From contig JAKLJI010000009.1 of the NCBI GenBank assembly GCA_023151275.1, forward strand, positions 20,287 to 84,286: 64,000 bases of DNA, written 5' to 3'. Within the stretch, counting starts at the first letter, position 1. The number at the start of each line of letters is the position of its first letter. The notes under the pieces were generated by a model that saw nothing but the letters and a program-made list of their open reading frames with translations, was not told where the DNA came from and searched no databases. Positions 1 through 7,251 of the stretch are shown in pieces. This stretch comes from Bacteroidia bacterium. Its GTDB lineage: Bacteria; Bacteroidota; Bacteroidia; UKL13-3. Position numbers and translations under genes: made by a program.

Positions 1-363
1 ACGTCAAATTTATTCTTATCTACGTACTGCTAATTTTAGTGGCTCCAAAGAAAATAAGCCAATAGTAAGGACTCTTAATATCGAACATCTTCAAAACTAT
101 CACTAATCCGTTCAACAATTTGATTTTAAAATCCACAATTAAATGATCCATCCGCCTTGTTTTGGGCTTCCTTAATGTCCCTCAAATCAGCAAAAACCAA
201 GCCTCTTTCAATCAAACCTTAATTGATTAGTAAGTCTTTTTTTTGGATGGCCTTATTGACTCACAATATCATTGAATATAGAGGTAAATCGCAATTGCAT
301 TGCTCGCAAGGGTCGCTTTTTTTATGCCTTTTCCTATCTTTTCAGCATTCCAATTTTATACCT

Positions 364-798
364 ATGAGTTCAGACACAGTGCGCAATACGCAGGCGAGGC
401 CTTTTGCTCAGGCTTATTTTCATGGTACCAAGGCCAATTTATTGCCGGGTGATTTTATTCGTCCGGGTTATGCTTCCAATTACGGTAAGCAACAAGCTGC
501 TTCGTATATCTTTTTGAGTTCCACTCTGGATGCAGCTATCTGGGGTGCAGAATTGGCTCAAGGGGATGCCGCTCCCCGTATTTATGTGGTGGAAGCTACC
601 GGCGAATTGGAAAATGATCCTGACCTTACCGACAAGAAATTTCCGGGGAATCCTACGCAATCTTTCCGTTCCAAGGAGCCTTTTCGGGTTATTGCTGAAG
701 TGGTAAATTGGACTCCCCATGCAGAAGAATTAGTTCAAAACATGAAGGCACATCTGGCTCGCTTAAAGGAATCGGGAATCGAATCTTTGAATCAATGA
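364..798 (+). CDS. arr: NAD+--rifampin ADP-ribosyltransferase (Arr family)
   Basis: ORF 223..798 trimmed to the ATG at 364 (144 aa). FHGTKANLLPGDFI, YIFLSS, AAIWGAEL, IYVVEATGELENDPDLTDKKFPGNPTQSFRSKEPFRV align by eye over the full length with Arr-2 and mycobacterial Arr. Confidence 0.85.
   Translation: MSSDTVRNTQARPFAQAYFHGTKANLLPGDFIRPGYASNYGKQQAASYIFLSSTLDAAIWGAELAQGDAAPRIYVVEATGELENDPDLTDKKFPGNPTQSFRSKEPFRVIAEVVNWTPHAEELVQNMKAHLARLKESGIESLNQ
703..798 (+). repeat. Direct repeat copy 1 (functional 3-prime end of arr); partner at 2264..2359
   Basis: The 96-nt segment recurs in the same orientation at 2264..2359. The last 66 nt differ at 2 positions, both synonymous. The first 30 nt differ at about 7 positions. 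Confidence 0.9.
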
Positions 799-820
799 AT
801 ATGGAAGGGAAATTCATTGT

Positions 821-2206
821 TTATTGCTTTACTATTTTCCAATAGCCGCCTTTGTCGGGACCAATGCGTTCTATTAGTCCTTCATTTTTCAGATTAGCTA
901 TTTGTTTTTCTATACCCTTTATAGTTATTCCAATGTTTTCGCTTAGTTCAATTGTTGTCAGGTATGGATTCTTTTTCAACAGACCAATAATTTTCTCCCT
1001 ACTTTTCTCCCTACTTTTCTCCCTACTTTTTGCCGAACCTTTTTCTAAAACAAGTTGAGGTCTTTTAAGCATAACTGTAAAAATACCCTCCTTCTGAAAA
1101 ACCGGTTCAGGCAAACCTGTAACACGCATCAAATCGAGAATACGTCCAATTCCAGAACCTACTTGTTCAACCAAATGCATTCGAGCAAATAATCCAAAAA
1201 GTAAGGGATTTCGTGAGTGGCTGCGTTTCCCAAATTCAGATTCCGGAATTGCACTCACCAAACCACCGGGGTTACTGATTTCTACTCTATCGGAAAAAAC
1301 TTCGATATGTATAACAGCCCCTTTATCGTAGTAATCACGGTGGCAAAGAGCATTGATGATAGCTTCCTTGAAGACCGTTTCAGGAATTTCCCAGATTTCC
1401 TTTCTGGGGCCAGCTCCCTGGCCTTCAATATCGTAGCGCACATTCAATTTGCCTTTAAGCCATTGCATGGCTTGTTGGTATTGGTGATAAAGATTTCCGC
1501 CAAATGGTTTATCATCAATAATAAAGCGCTTATCTGTACCTTCAAAAGCAATGCAGCGAGTGATAGCTTTATCCAAAATAGCCTCAGGCTGTTTAGCAAA
1601 AAATAAAACTGAACCATTTTTAAAATGATTGTTTTCATTATAGAGCTTCAGGTTTTTGAATACCTGGTCAGTAGGAATTCCTCCACTGATATTGGATTCA
1701 GCCTTGAAAATAGAAATAAAATCCTCATCCACCATTGAATCAACCCTAAATTCCGGACAAGGGGATTCATCAAAATAAATCCTATCTGCCTGTTGAAAGA
1801 AATCCCGCATTTGCTCGGCAGTGGTAAGCTTTTGGGTATTAGGACCTATTCGCACATAAATAGCACCTGAAAGCACATAAGGCTTACTAGGACCTGAAGG
1901 TACTTCAATTGCACCAATGCTCATTCCATCCACTTGAATTATTGTAAATGAACAAGCCAAACGGGGAGTAATTTCATTCAAGCTGTTTTGGATGGCTGAT
2001 CTTTTTGCATTATCGATATCAACACCTTTGATTTCATTTTTATCATTAACCCCAATCAACAAAACGCCACCGGCAGCATTGGCAAAAGCACATACTTCTT
2101 CAGTTAGTTCTTTTACCTTGGCAGGCACCGACATTTTAAATTCGGCATTGTATCCCTCACCGGAAGAAACCAAAAGTTTAATATCATCGGCAGTAATCAT
2201 AATCAA
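821..2206 (-). CDS. AlbA_2/Schlafen-like (divergent AAA_4) + HATPase_c_4 (RecG C-terminal-like) + winged-HTH protein
   Basis: 461-aa ORF. The N-terminus EGYNAEFK...VCAFANAAGGVLLIGV is typical of the AlbA_2 domain. The central NALCHRDY...ISNPGG is typical of HATPase_c_4. The C-terminal LSENIGITIKGIEKQIANLKNEGLIERIG is wHTH-like. It is convergent with arr, with 22 nt between the stops. Confidence 0.75.
   Translation of the reverse strand: MIMITADDIKLLVSSGEGYNAEFKMSVPAKVKELTEEVCAFANAAGGVLLIGVNDKNEIKGVDIDNAKRSAIQNSLNEITPRLACSFTIIQVDGMSIGAIEVPSGPSKPYVLSGAIYVRIGPNTQKLTTAEQMRDFFQQADRIYFDESPCPEFRVDSMVDEDFISIFKAESNISGGIPTDQVFKNLKLYNENNHFKNGSVLFFAKQPEAILDKAITRCIAFEGTDKRFIIDDKPFGGNLYHQYQQAMQWLKGKLNVRYDIEGQGAGPRKEIWEIPETVFKEAIINALCHRDYYDKGAVIHIEVFSDRVEISNPGGLVSAIPESEFGKRSHSRNPLLFGLFARMHLVEQVGSGIGRILDLMRVTGLPEPVFQKEGIFTVMLKRPQLVLEKGSAKSREKSREKSREKIIGLLKKNPYLTTIELSENIGITIKGIEKQIANLKNEGLIERIGPDKGGYWKIVKQ
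991..1030. repeat. Tandem 12-mer (ttttctccctac) x3.3 inside the AlbA_2 gene
   Basis: Read directly from the sequence. It encodes (SREK)3 in the linker before the wHTH. Confidence 0.9.
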
Positions 2207-2263
2207 AATTAAGGATTAAGAATCAAGACTTAAACTTCTAAAATATCAGGAAGTAAAACAGGC

Positions 2264-2359
2264 GTGAATTGGACTCCGCAAGCAGAAGCAGTGGTTCAAA
2301 ACATGAAGGCACATCTGGCTCGCTTGAAGGAATCGGGAATTGAATCTTTGAATCAATGA
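2264..2359 (+). pseudogene. Orphan arr 3-prime remnant (31 codons plus stop, no 5-prime part)
   Basis: It translates in frame to VNWTPQAEAVVQNMKAHLARLKESGIESLNQ*, compared with VNWTPHAEELVQNMKAHLARLKESGIESLNQ* in the intact arr. Homology ends exactly at the stop codon. Confidence 0.85.
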
Positions 2360-2624
2360 GCAAAAAGATAATGCCTATTAGGGGCTGAGAGTGGTTGCGT
2401 TTTAATTCCAACACCTATTGAGTGGGTTATTAAATTAGGTCTTGAGGTCGGAAAATGGAAGCTTCAACTTGCAATTGGGTAATGGGTTATTTATACAATA
2501 AGTTGCCATTCATGGGTTTGAATTCATCAACCAGGCTTAGTCAAATCTTCCTAATTTTTGCCTTAACAATTCGCGCTACAAGTTTCCGTTGAGCTTATTG
2601 CCTAATTTCCCAACCCTTATTTGA

Positions 2625-3914
2625 ATGCCTATGAAACCTTTACTTGCTTATTTTTTAGTTGTCCTGAGTTTGTTTCCGCTTCAGTCAAGTGCATGCAGCA
2701 TGTACAAGTACACGGTTGCCGGAAAAACCTGGGTTGGTAACAATGAAGATAGCTGGGGAACCGACCCTATGATTTGGTTTGTGCCGAGAGATTCCAAGAA
2801 ACTTGGTCTGGTTTGTTTGGGCTATCAACGCAAATTCCCCAACCCGGATGGTGCGATGAATTCGGCAGGTCTTGCTTTTGATGCTTTTACCATGCCCCAT
2901 CGCAGCAACCTAGCGCAACGCAATCCTCAAATGGAGGACTTCAGCTACAGCAAACTTCAAACCATTATGCAAAGCTGCAAGACTGTGGAAGAGGTTTATC
3001 ACTACTTTCAAAACAAAAACTTGCAGGTTCTGAATGGGAGTGCACTCTTTCCGGGTAGCATGTTGTTGTTCGTTGACAAAAGTGGAAAATACCTGGTTGT
3101 GGAAGCCCATCAACTAAGCTTTGGAAATGAATCCAATTTTGCGTTGGCAAACTTTAGTTATGCAGATACCAAAGACAGGAGCTTGGTGAATATGGAACGT
3201 TACCGAAAAGGAATTTCGTTTATGAATCGCCATCTACCAGAAGCCACCCTTTCCTATGCAAAATTGCTTTCGGATACCATGTCTGTAAACCGAGAAAAGG
3301 CAGGTGATGGCACTTTATACACGAATTTATTTAATCTTGAAACGGGAGAAATTCACTTGTTTTTCTTCCATGATTTCAGCAAAAGAATAAGCTTCAAACT
3401 GGATGAGGAATTGGCCAAGGGTGCGCATCATCTTGCATTTAGCAATCTTTTTCCTGACAATTCTGGATTCAAGAAGTTTACTTCCTATCATACCCCGCAA
3501 ACACAGCGCTACATGTTCTACCTGCTGCTCTTGCTTGGAATCTTTTTGATTCTGTGCGCAATTCGATTGGCGAGTTATGCTACCAAAGCAAAACCAGTGT
3601 CCTATTCCATTTCCGTTTTGCTGTTTGCCCTATTTGGATTCCTAATGGGCATTTACTGCTTTATTCTGGTTCGCAATCCCGGCATTTGCTATTTCCCATC
3701 GCCTTATGAAGATGCGCATTCAGGGTTCGTAAGCAGTTTTAGTTACCTACCCTACCTAAGCATTCCGGTATGTGTAGCTTCGGCTTTCTTTGTATTCCAA
3801 TTCATCAAAACAAGTCCAATCAAAACAAGCTTCAAAGGGCTGTTGATTGGGAATCAAGTTTGCATTTTTGTGCTTTGCTGCCTTTTTATGTACTGGCGCT
3901 TATTGTCGTTTTGA
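2625..3914 (+). CDS. Ntn cysteine hydrolase (choloylglycine hydrolase / C45-C59-like) fused to a C-terminal multi-TM domain
   Basis: The signal peptide ends in SSAC. CSMYKYTVAGKTWVGNNEDSW resembles the N-terminal nucleophile Cys...GRNxD pattern of CBAH-type hydrolases. The last 140 aa or so contain 4-5 hydrophobic helices. Confidence 0.5.
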   Translation: MPMKPLLAYFLVVLSLFPLQSSACSMYKYTVAGKTWVGNNEDSWGTDPMIWFVPRDSKKLGLVCLGYQRKFPNPDGAMNSAGLAFDAFTMPHRSNLAQRNPQMEDFSYSKLQTIMQSCKTVEEVYHYFQNKNLQVLNGSALFPGSMLLFVDKSGKYLVVEAHQLSFGNESNFALANFSYADTKDRSLVNMERYRKGISFMNRHLPEATLSYAKLLSDTMSVNREKAGDGTLYTNLFNLETGEIHLFFFHDFSKRISFKLDEELAKGAHHLAFSNLFPDNSGFKKFTSYHTPQTQRYMFYLLLLLGIFLILCAIRLASYATKAKPVSYSISVLLFALFGFLMGIYCFILVRNPGICYFPSPYEDAHSGFVSSFSYLPYLSIPVCVASAFFVFQFIKTSPIKTSFKGLLIGNQVCIFVLCCLFMYWRLLSF

Positions 3915-3916
3915 AA

Positions 3917-3951
3917 ACACAATGCCCTCGCAAATTGCAAGGGCTTTGTGT
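3917..3951 (+). terminator. Strong hairpin just after the Ntn-hydrolase stop (terminator-like, weak T tract)
   Basis: acacaatgccct / agggctttgtgt forms an 11/12-bp stem with an 11-nt loop, starting 3 nt after the TGA at 3912..3914. Confidence 0.4.
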
Positions 3952-3970
3952 AAAATTTGACCATCTATTA

Positions 3971-4056
3971 CTGCCCAAAACGCCTGTGAAATTGGGTGTA
4001 AACTCAGTTTCCCTCACTCAACATAAGGGTACATTATGCCTCGCTCGTGATAAGCC
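3971..4056 (+). repeat. Dispersed intergenic repeat, copy 1 (partner 7086..7168)
   Basis: ctgcccaaaacgcctgtgaaattgggtgtaaactcagtttccc... aligns by eye at roughly three-quarters identity with 7086..7168. The 10-mer gaaattgggt is identical in both. Confidence 0.55.
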
Positions 4057-4114
4057 AATTCCTTTGGTCTTTTGGCCTTCATTACGAAGTTCAAATGCAT
4101 AATCCGGGTTAAAT

Positions 4115-4909
4115 TTATTTTCCTTTTCCGGGTTCGGAATCGATGAGAAATGGTGCATTCCCATCGGTGATGATCACTTTGCTATTCGGAGATTTGGCCA
4201 ATTCGGAGAAGGCTTCAATGCTGCGGATTTTGATAATCTCCTGGGTCAATCCTTCAGACAGAATTTTCTGTGCATCGCGGGTTCCTTTGGCTTGAATGAT
4301 TTTGCGCTCGGCTTCTAACTTTTCTTGTTGAAGGACAAACTCCATGCGCATGGCATCCTGTTCTGCTTGCAAGCGCGATTCAATCGACCGGGCTAGTCCT
4401 TCTGGTAATTGGATGCTTTTCATCAATACTGCTTCAATGATAATGCCTTGTTCCTGCAAGCCTTCCATCATTTTCTGACGTATCGCCTTTTCAATATCTG
4501 CGCGCATGCCCGAGTGCATGTCTTTGGCAAAAAACTTCGCACAAACATCGGCAGAGGCTGAACGAAACACACTGGAAATGATGGGCTCAAAATCCACCCC
4601 GTAATTTTGAATCAGCGAGGTTACCCGGGCTTTATCAATTTTATACAGAATCGAAATCTGCGAGATGATGCTCAAGCCTTCTTTACTGGGCAAGCTGAGT
4701 TGCATTTCCAGGTTATTGGTTTGGGTTGAAGTCTTAATCACCTTGGCCAAAAAGGGATTGAAGAAAATTACACCGGTGGATTTTACATCGTTGGAGAGCT
4801 TTCCTAGCTTTTGCTTTACGCCTACTTCTCCGGGACGGATAATGGCGCAGGAGCCGAGAAATAGAAAAGCAAAGCTGACACTGAATAAAGAAGCCATTTG
4901 TTTTTTCAT
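4115..4909 (-). CDS. SPFH/Band-7 (prohibitin-family) lipoprotein
   Basis: Lipobox LFLGSC. RPGEVGV...LSIISQISILYKI...EAVLMKSIQLP...ERKIIQAKG is typical of the SPFH domain. Confidence 0.85.
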   Translation of the reverse strand: MKKQMASLFSVSFAFLFLGSCAIIRPGEVGVKQKLGKLSNDVKSTGVIFFNPFLAKVIKTSTQTNNLEMQLSLPSKEGLSIISQISILYKIDKARVTSLIQNYGVDFEPIISSVFRSASADVCAKFFAKDMHSGMRADIEKAIRQKMMEGLQEQGIIIEAVLMKSIQLPEGLARSIESRLQAEQDAMRMEFVLQQEKLEAERKIIQAKGTRDAQKILSEGLTQEIIKIRSIEAFSELAKSPNSKVIITDGNAPFLIDSEPGKGK

Positions 4910-5053
4910 ACGGATTGGGGGTTTGATACATGTTAAACCCCGGAATCAGTAAATGGATTGAAAATAACTATCAGATTTGTGTCATTTCATAACACCTGGA
5001 ATCCTTCAACAAAAGGTTGATATTGTTTCTCAATTTACCTCGAAAATGGATTC

Positions 5054-5758
5054 CTAGGCGTGAAGAATGATATTCCCGTCTTTGATGGTATAGAAATCAG
5101 TGGATGCTGCTTGTCTCGCTTTGAAATAAGCGCTGTAATTTTCTGAAAATGTTCTTCGTTCCGTGATAATGGTATCGTACAATCCACTCAGTCCAATTAG
5201 CATTTCTGAGGCTTCACGGATGGCGAAATTTCCACTGTCGTGACCTGTAACATAATCTGCTAATTTATTCCCGACTACATACTTGCGGAATAGCGGATTC
5301 GCTTTCCGATTGATGAGAATGCGCAGACCACAGGCTTCGGCGATGCTCAAATCCAATACATCATCAAAGAAATAACATACCTCATTTAAGCCCAGTTTAT
5401 GCTGTTCACAAAAGTGATTCAAGGCGTTTATCTTATGCGGAATTTTGTAATACGAAGCATCAAAATGTTCACGCAGGCTAAAGTGAAAAGCCATTTCATT
5501 GCGCTCCCCTGAAATCAATGCTGCCTTTGGCATTTCGCCATGCTGGTGATAGTAGGTATAGCGAAGCAGGTTGGTACCCATTGAATCAGCTTCATTGAAG
5601 GTACTGCTTTTGTTTTCGTTCTTGATCGCATTGTTAAATACACCGTCCCAATCAAATACAAAGGCTTTAATTTGGCTGAGTCGGGATTGAATTTCGGAAG
5701 GGCTTGAAACAAACTCCCCTCCTATTTCTTCAAACAGTTGTTGGATTTCAGTATGCAT
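5054..5758 (-). CDS. HAD-superfamily phosphatase, KdsC-like (candidate Kdo-8-phosphate phosphatase)
   Basis: FDWDGVF (DxDG nucleophile motif), EADSMGTNLLR and FFDDVLDLSIAEACGL resemble the KdsC motifs. Start is set at the ATG at 5758 because 5759..5786 is a terminator hairpin. The TTG at 5791 is an alternative start. Confidence 0.55.
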   Translation of the reverse strand: MHTEIQQLFEEIGGEFVSSPSEIQSRLSQIKAFVFDWDGVFNNAIKNENKSSTFNEADSMGTNLLRYTYYHQHGEMPKAALISGERNEMAFHFSLREHFDASYYKIPHKINALNHFCEQHKLGLNEVCYFFDDVLDLSIAEACGLRILINRKANPLFRKYVVGNKLADYVTGHDSGNFAIREASEMLIGLSGLYDTIITERRTFSENYSAYFKARQAASTDFYTIKDGNIILHA

Positions 5759-5786
5759 AAAAAAGGCCGCTTCTTGAGAAGCGGCC
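5759..5786 (-). terminator. Rho-independent terminator/attenuator between the aldolase-CBS gene and the kdsC-like gene
   Basis: On the minus strand ggccgcttc-tcaa-gaagcggcc (9-bp GC-rich stem) is followed by TTTTTT, which runs directly into the ATG at 5758. Confidence 0.6.
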
Positions 5787-5806
5787 TGCAAGTTAGGCGA
5801 AATATC

Positions 5807-6817
5807 TTAGTCTTCGAGGTCCTGAATATCGAGCATACCCACCGGCTTGCCATTTTCAGTTACCAGAATGGTATCTACTTTGGTTGATTTAAACAGTCCG
5901 GCTGCATCGTTCAACAAGGCCGAAGATTCAATGGATACGGGAGTATTGTAAGTAAAGTCGCCCATGGATTTGCTCAACACATCGCGGCCTTCAGCCTGGA
6001 TTTTACGACGTAAGTCGCCATCGGTGAATACCCCTTTCAAAGAGCCGTCTGCATTCACAACCGTGATGGCTCCAAATCCGTATTCAGTCATTTTCACAAT
6101 GCCTTCTGCCAAAGAAACACCTGCGTCAATCACAGGATTGGTTCCATTCATGGCTTCTTTCACGCGAACAGTCATCAAACGGGTATCGCGAATGAATTGG
6201 TCTGTACCTACTGTGGTGAAATGATTTTCGGTTAACTGTTTTAAGATTTTCAATGGAACGGTAATGGTATGCACACCCAGGTTTAAGGCGTTGCGCACGT
6301 GCTCCATGGTACGAACAGAAGAGAACATTACTTTGGTATCGTACCCGTAATGGTCAACTGCACTTACAATCTGATTCACCAAATCAAGGGCATCATGACC
6401 TTGATCTTGCAAGCGACCCACCAATGGACAAACATAAGTAGCACCTGCATGCATGGCCATATAGGCTTGTTGCAAGGTATAAACCAAGTGTACATTTACC
6501 AGGTAGCCTTTGCTACGCAGTAAACGACAAGCACGCACACCTTCCAAAGAAACCGGAATTTTGAAAACGGTTTTCTTAGGGTCGAGGCCCAAAGCGAGTT
6601 GGCGTTCTGCTTCAGCCAACACTTCTTCGGCAGTATCTCCTAAAGCTTCAATCTGAAGCACAGGAACGATTTTTGAAAGTTTAACAATCATGGCATCGAT
6701 ATCGGTGATGCCTTCACGCTGCATGAAAGTAGGCGTGGTTGTAAGTCCGTTGAGGAAGCCCAGTTTAAAGCCTTCTTCAATTTCTTTGAGGTTGGCTGAG
6801 TCTAAGTATAATTCCAT
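5807..6817 (-). CDS. Fusion protein: fructose-6-phosphate-aldolase/TalC-type class I aldolase (N) + KdsD/GutQ-type CBS pair (C)
   Basis: The N-terminal 215 aa or so (MELYLDSANLKEI...GLTTTPT...FKIPVS..G..A...L...G...NVHLVY...A..A..AGA.YV.P.VGR) match the FSA/TalC pattern. The C-terminal 120 aa contain GVFTDGDLRR...GMLDIQDL, the hallmark of the arabinose-5-P isomerase CBS module. Confidence 0.75.
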   Translation of the reverse strand: MELYLDSANLKEIEEGFKLGFLNGLTTTPTFMQREGITDIDAMIVKLSKIVPVLQIEALGDTAEEVLAEAERQLALGLDPKKTVFKIPVSLEGVRACRLLRSKGYLVNVHLVYTLQQAYMAMHAGATYVCPLVGRLQDQGHDALDLVNQIVSAVDHYGYDTKVMFSSVRTMEHVRNALNLGVHTITVPLKILKQLTENHFTTVGTDQFIRDTRLMTVRVKEAMNGTNPVIDAGVSLAEGIVKMTEYGFGAITVVNADGSLKGVFTDGDLRRKIQAEGRDVLSKSMGDFTYNTPVSIESSALLNDAAGLFKSTKVDTILVTENGKPVGMLDIQDLED

Positions 6818-6849
6818 GTGAATTGATTAATTCGGTTTTTTACAGGGGG

Positions 6850-6878
6850 CAAATGTAGGAGATTTTGCGCATTTTCAA
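6850..6878 (-). promoter_or_regulatory. Candidate Bacteroidota-type promoter for the aldolase-CBS gene
   Basis: The minus strand reads TTG-N18-TACATTTG, which matches the -33 TTG / -7 TAnnTTTG consensus. It lies about 33 nt upstream of the ATG at 6817. Confidence 0.3.
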
Positions 6879-7085
6879 TCCATGTCATCTAATGGAAGTC
6901 CGGAGGCCTTGTCTCGGGGCTAAAAACCACATCTAATGTCATCTTACTTTTGGCTATGAGCTGATTACAACTTAGGCATTGAGATTGGAGCCTGTCACCT
7001 GGTTGAAATTCAAAAAGTCATTCTGTTTGATTTGAAATCATCGTTCAAGATTTCACCATGTGGCTGAAGGATTGAAACTCAATTC

Positions 7086-7168
7086 CTGCCCAGAAGCCTG
7101 AGAAATTGGGTATAAATTCGGTTTCTCCAACTCATCACACCTGGGCATTATCCCTTGCCAATAAAACC
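7086..7168 (+). repeat. Dispersed intergenic repeat, copy 2 (partner 3971..4056)
   Basis: ctgcccagaagcctgagaaattgggtataaattcggtttctcc... has the same orientation as copy 1. It lies in the 434-nt spacer between kdsA and the aldolase-CBS gene. Confidence 0.55.
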
Positions 7169-7200
7169 GTCAATCATGCAATCAACCCATTGCCCTAAAC

Positions 7201-7236
7201 AAAAAAGAGAGAACCAAGCGGCTCTCTCTTTTTGTT
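7201..7236 (-). terminator. Rho-independent terminator after kdsA
   Basis: On the minus strand agagagagcc-gctt-ggttctctct (10 bp, one G-U) is followed by TTTTTT, 16 nt after the kdsA stop. Confidence 0.7.
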
Positions 7237-7251
7237 TAATTCATGCTAAAA

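Noticed and set aside
1-222. Short minus-strand frames (for example LIERGLVFADLRDIKEAQNKADGSFNCGF*) that vaguely resemble an antitoxin C-terminus
   Set aside because: The frames are only about 29 and 16 codons, are interrupted by stops, and have no start codon or recognisable family. They are too weak to call.
223-363. N-terminal 47-codon extension of the arr ORF (MISKSFFWMALL...)
   Set aside because: Arr homologues are about 140-150 aa and begin near the ATG at 364. The extension is hydrophobic, low-complexity and unlike any Arr.
3770-4102. 110-aa plus-strand ORF
   Set aside because: It overlaps the 3-prime end of the Ntn-hydrolase gene out of frame, then runs through the terminator hairpin and the dispersed repeat.
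6882-6943. Direct repeat catctaatg twice, 47 nt apart, upstream of the aldolase-CBS promoter
   Set aside because: It is only 9 nt long with no supporting structure or second locus, so it could occur by chance in AT-rich intergenic DNA.
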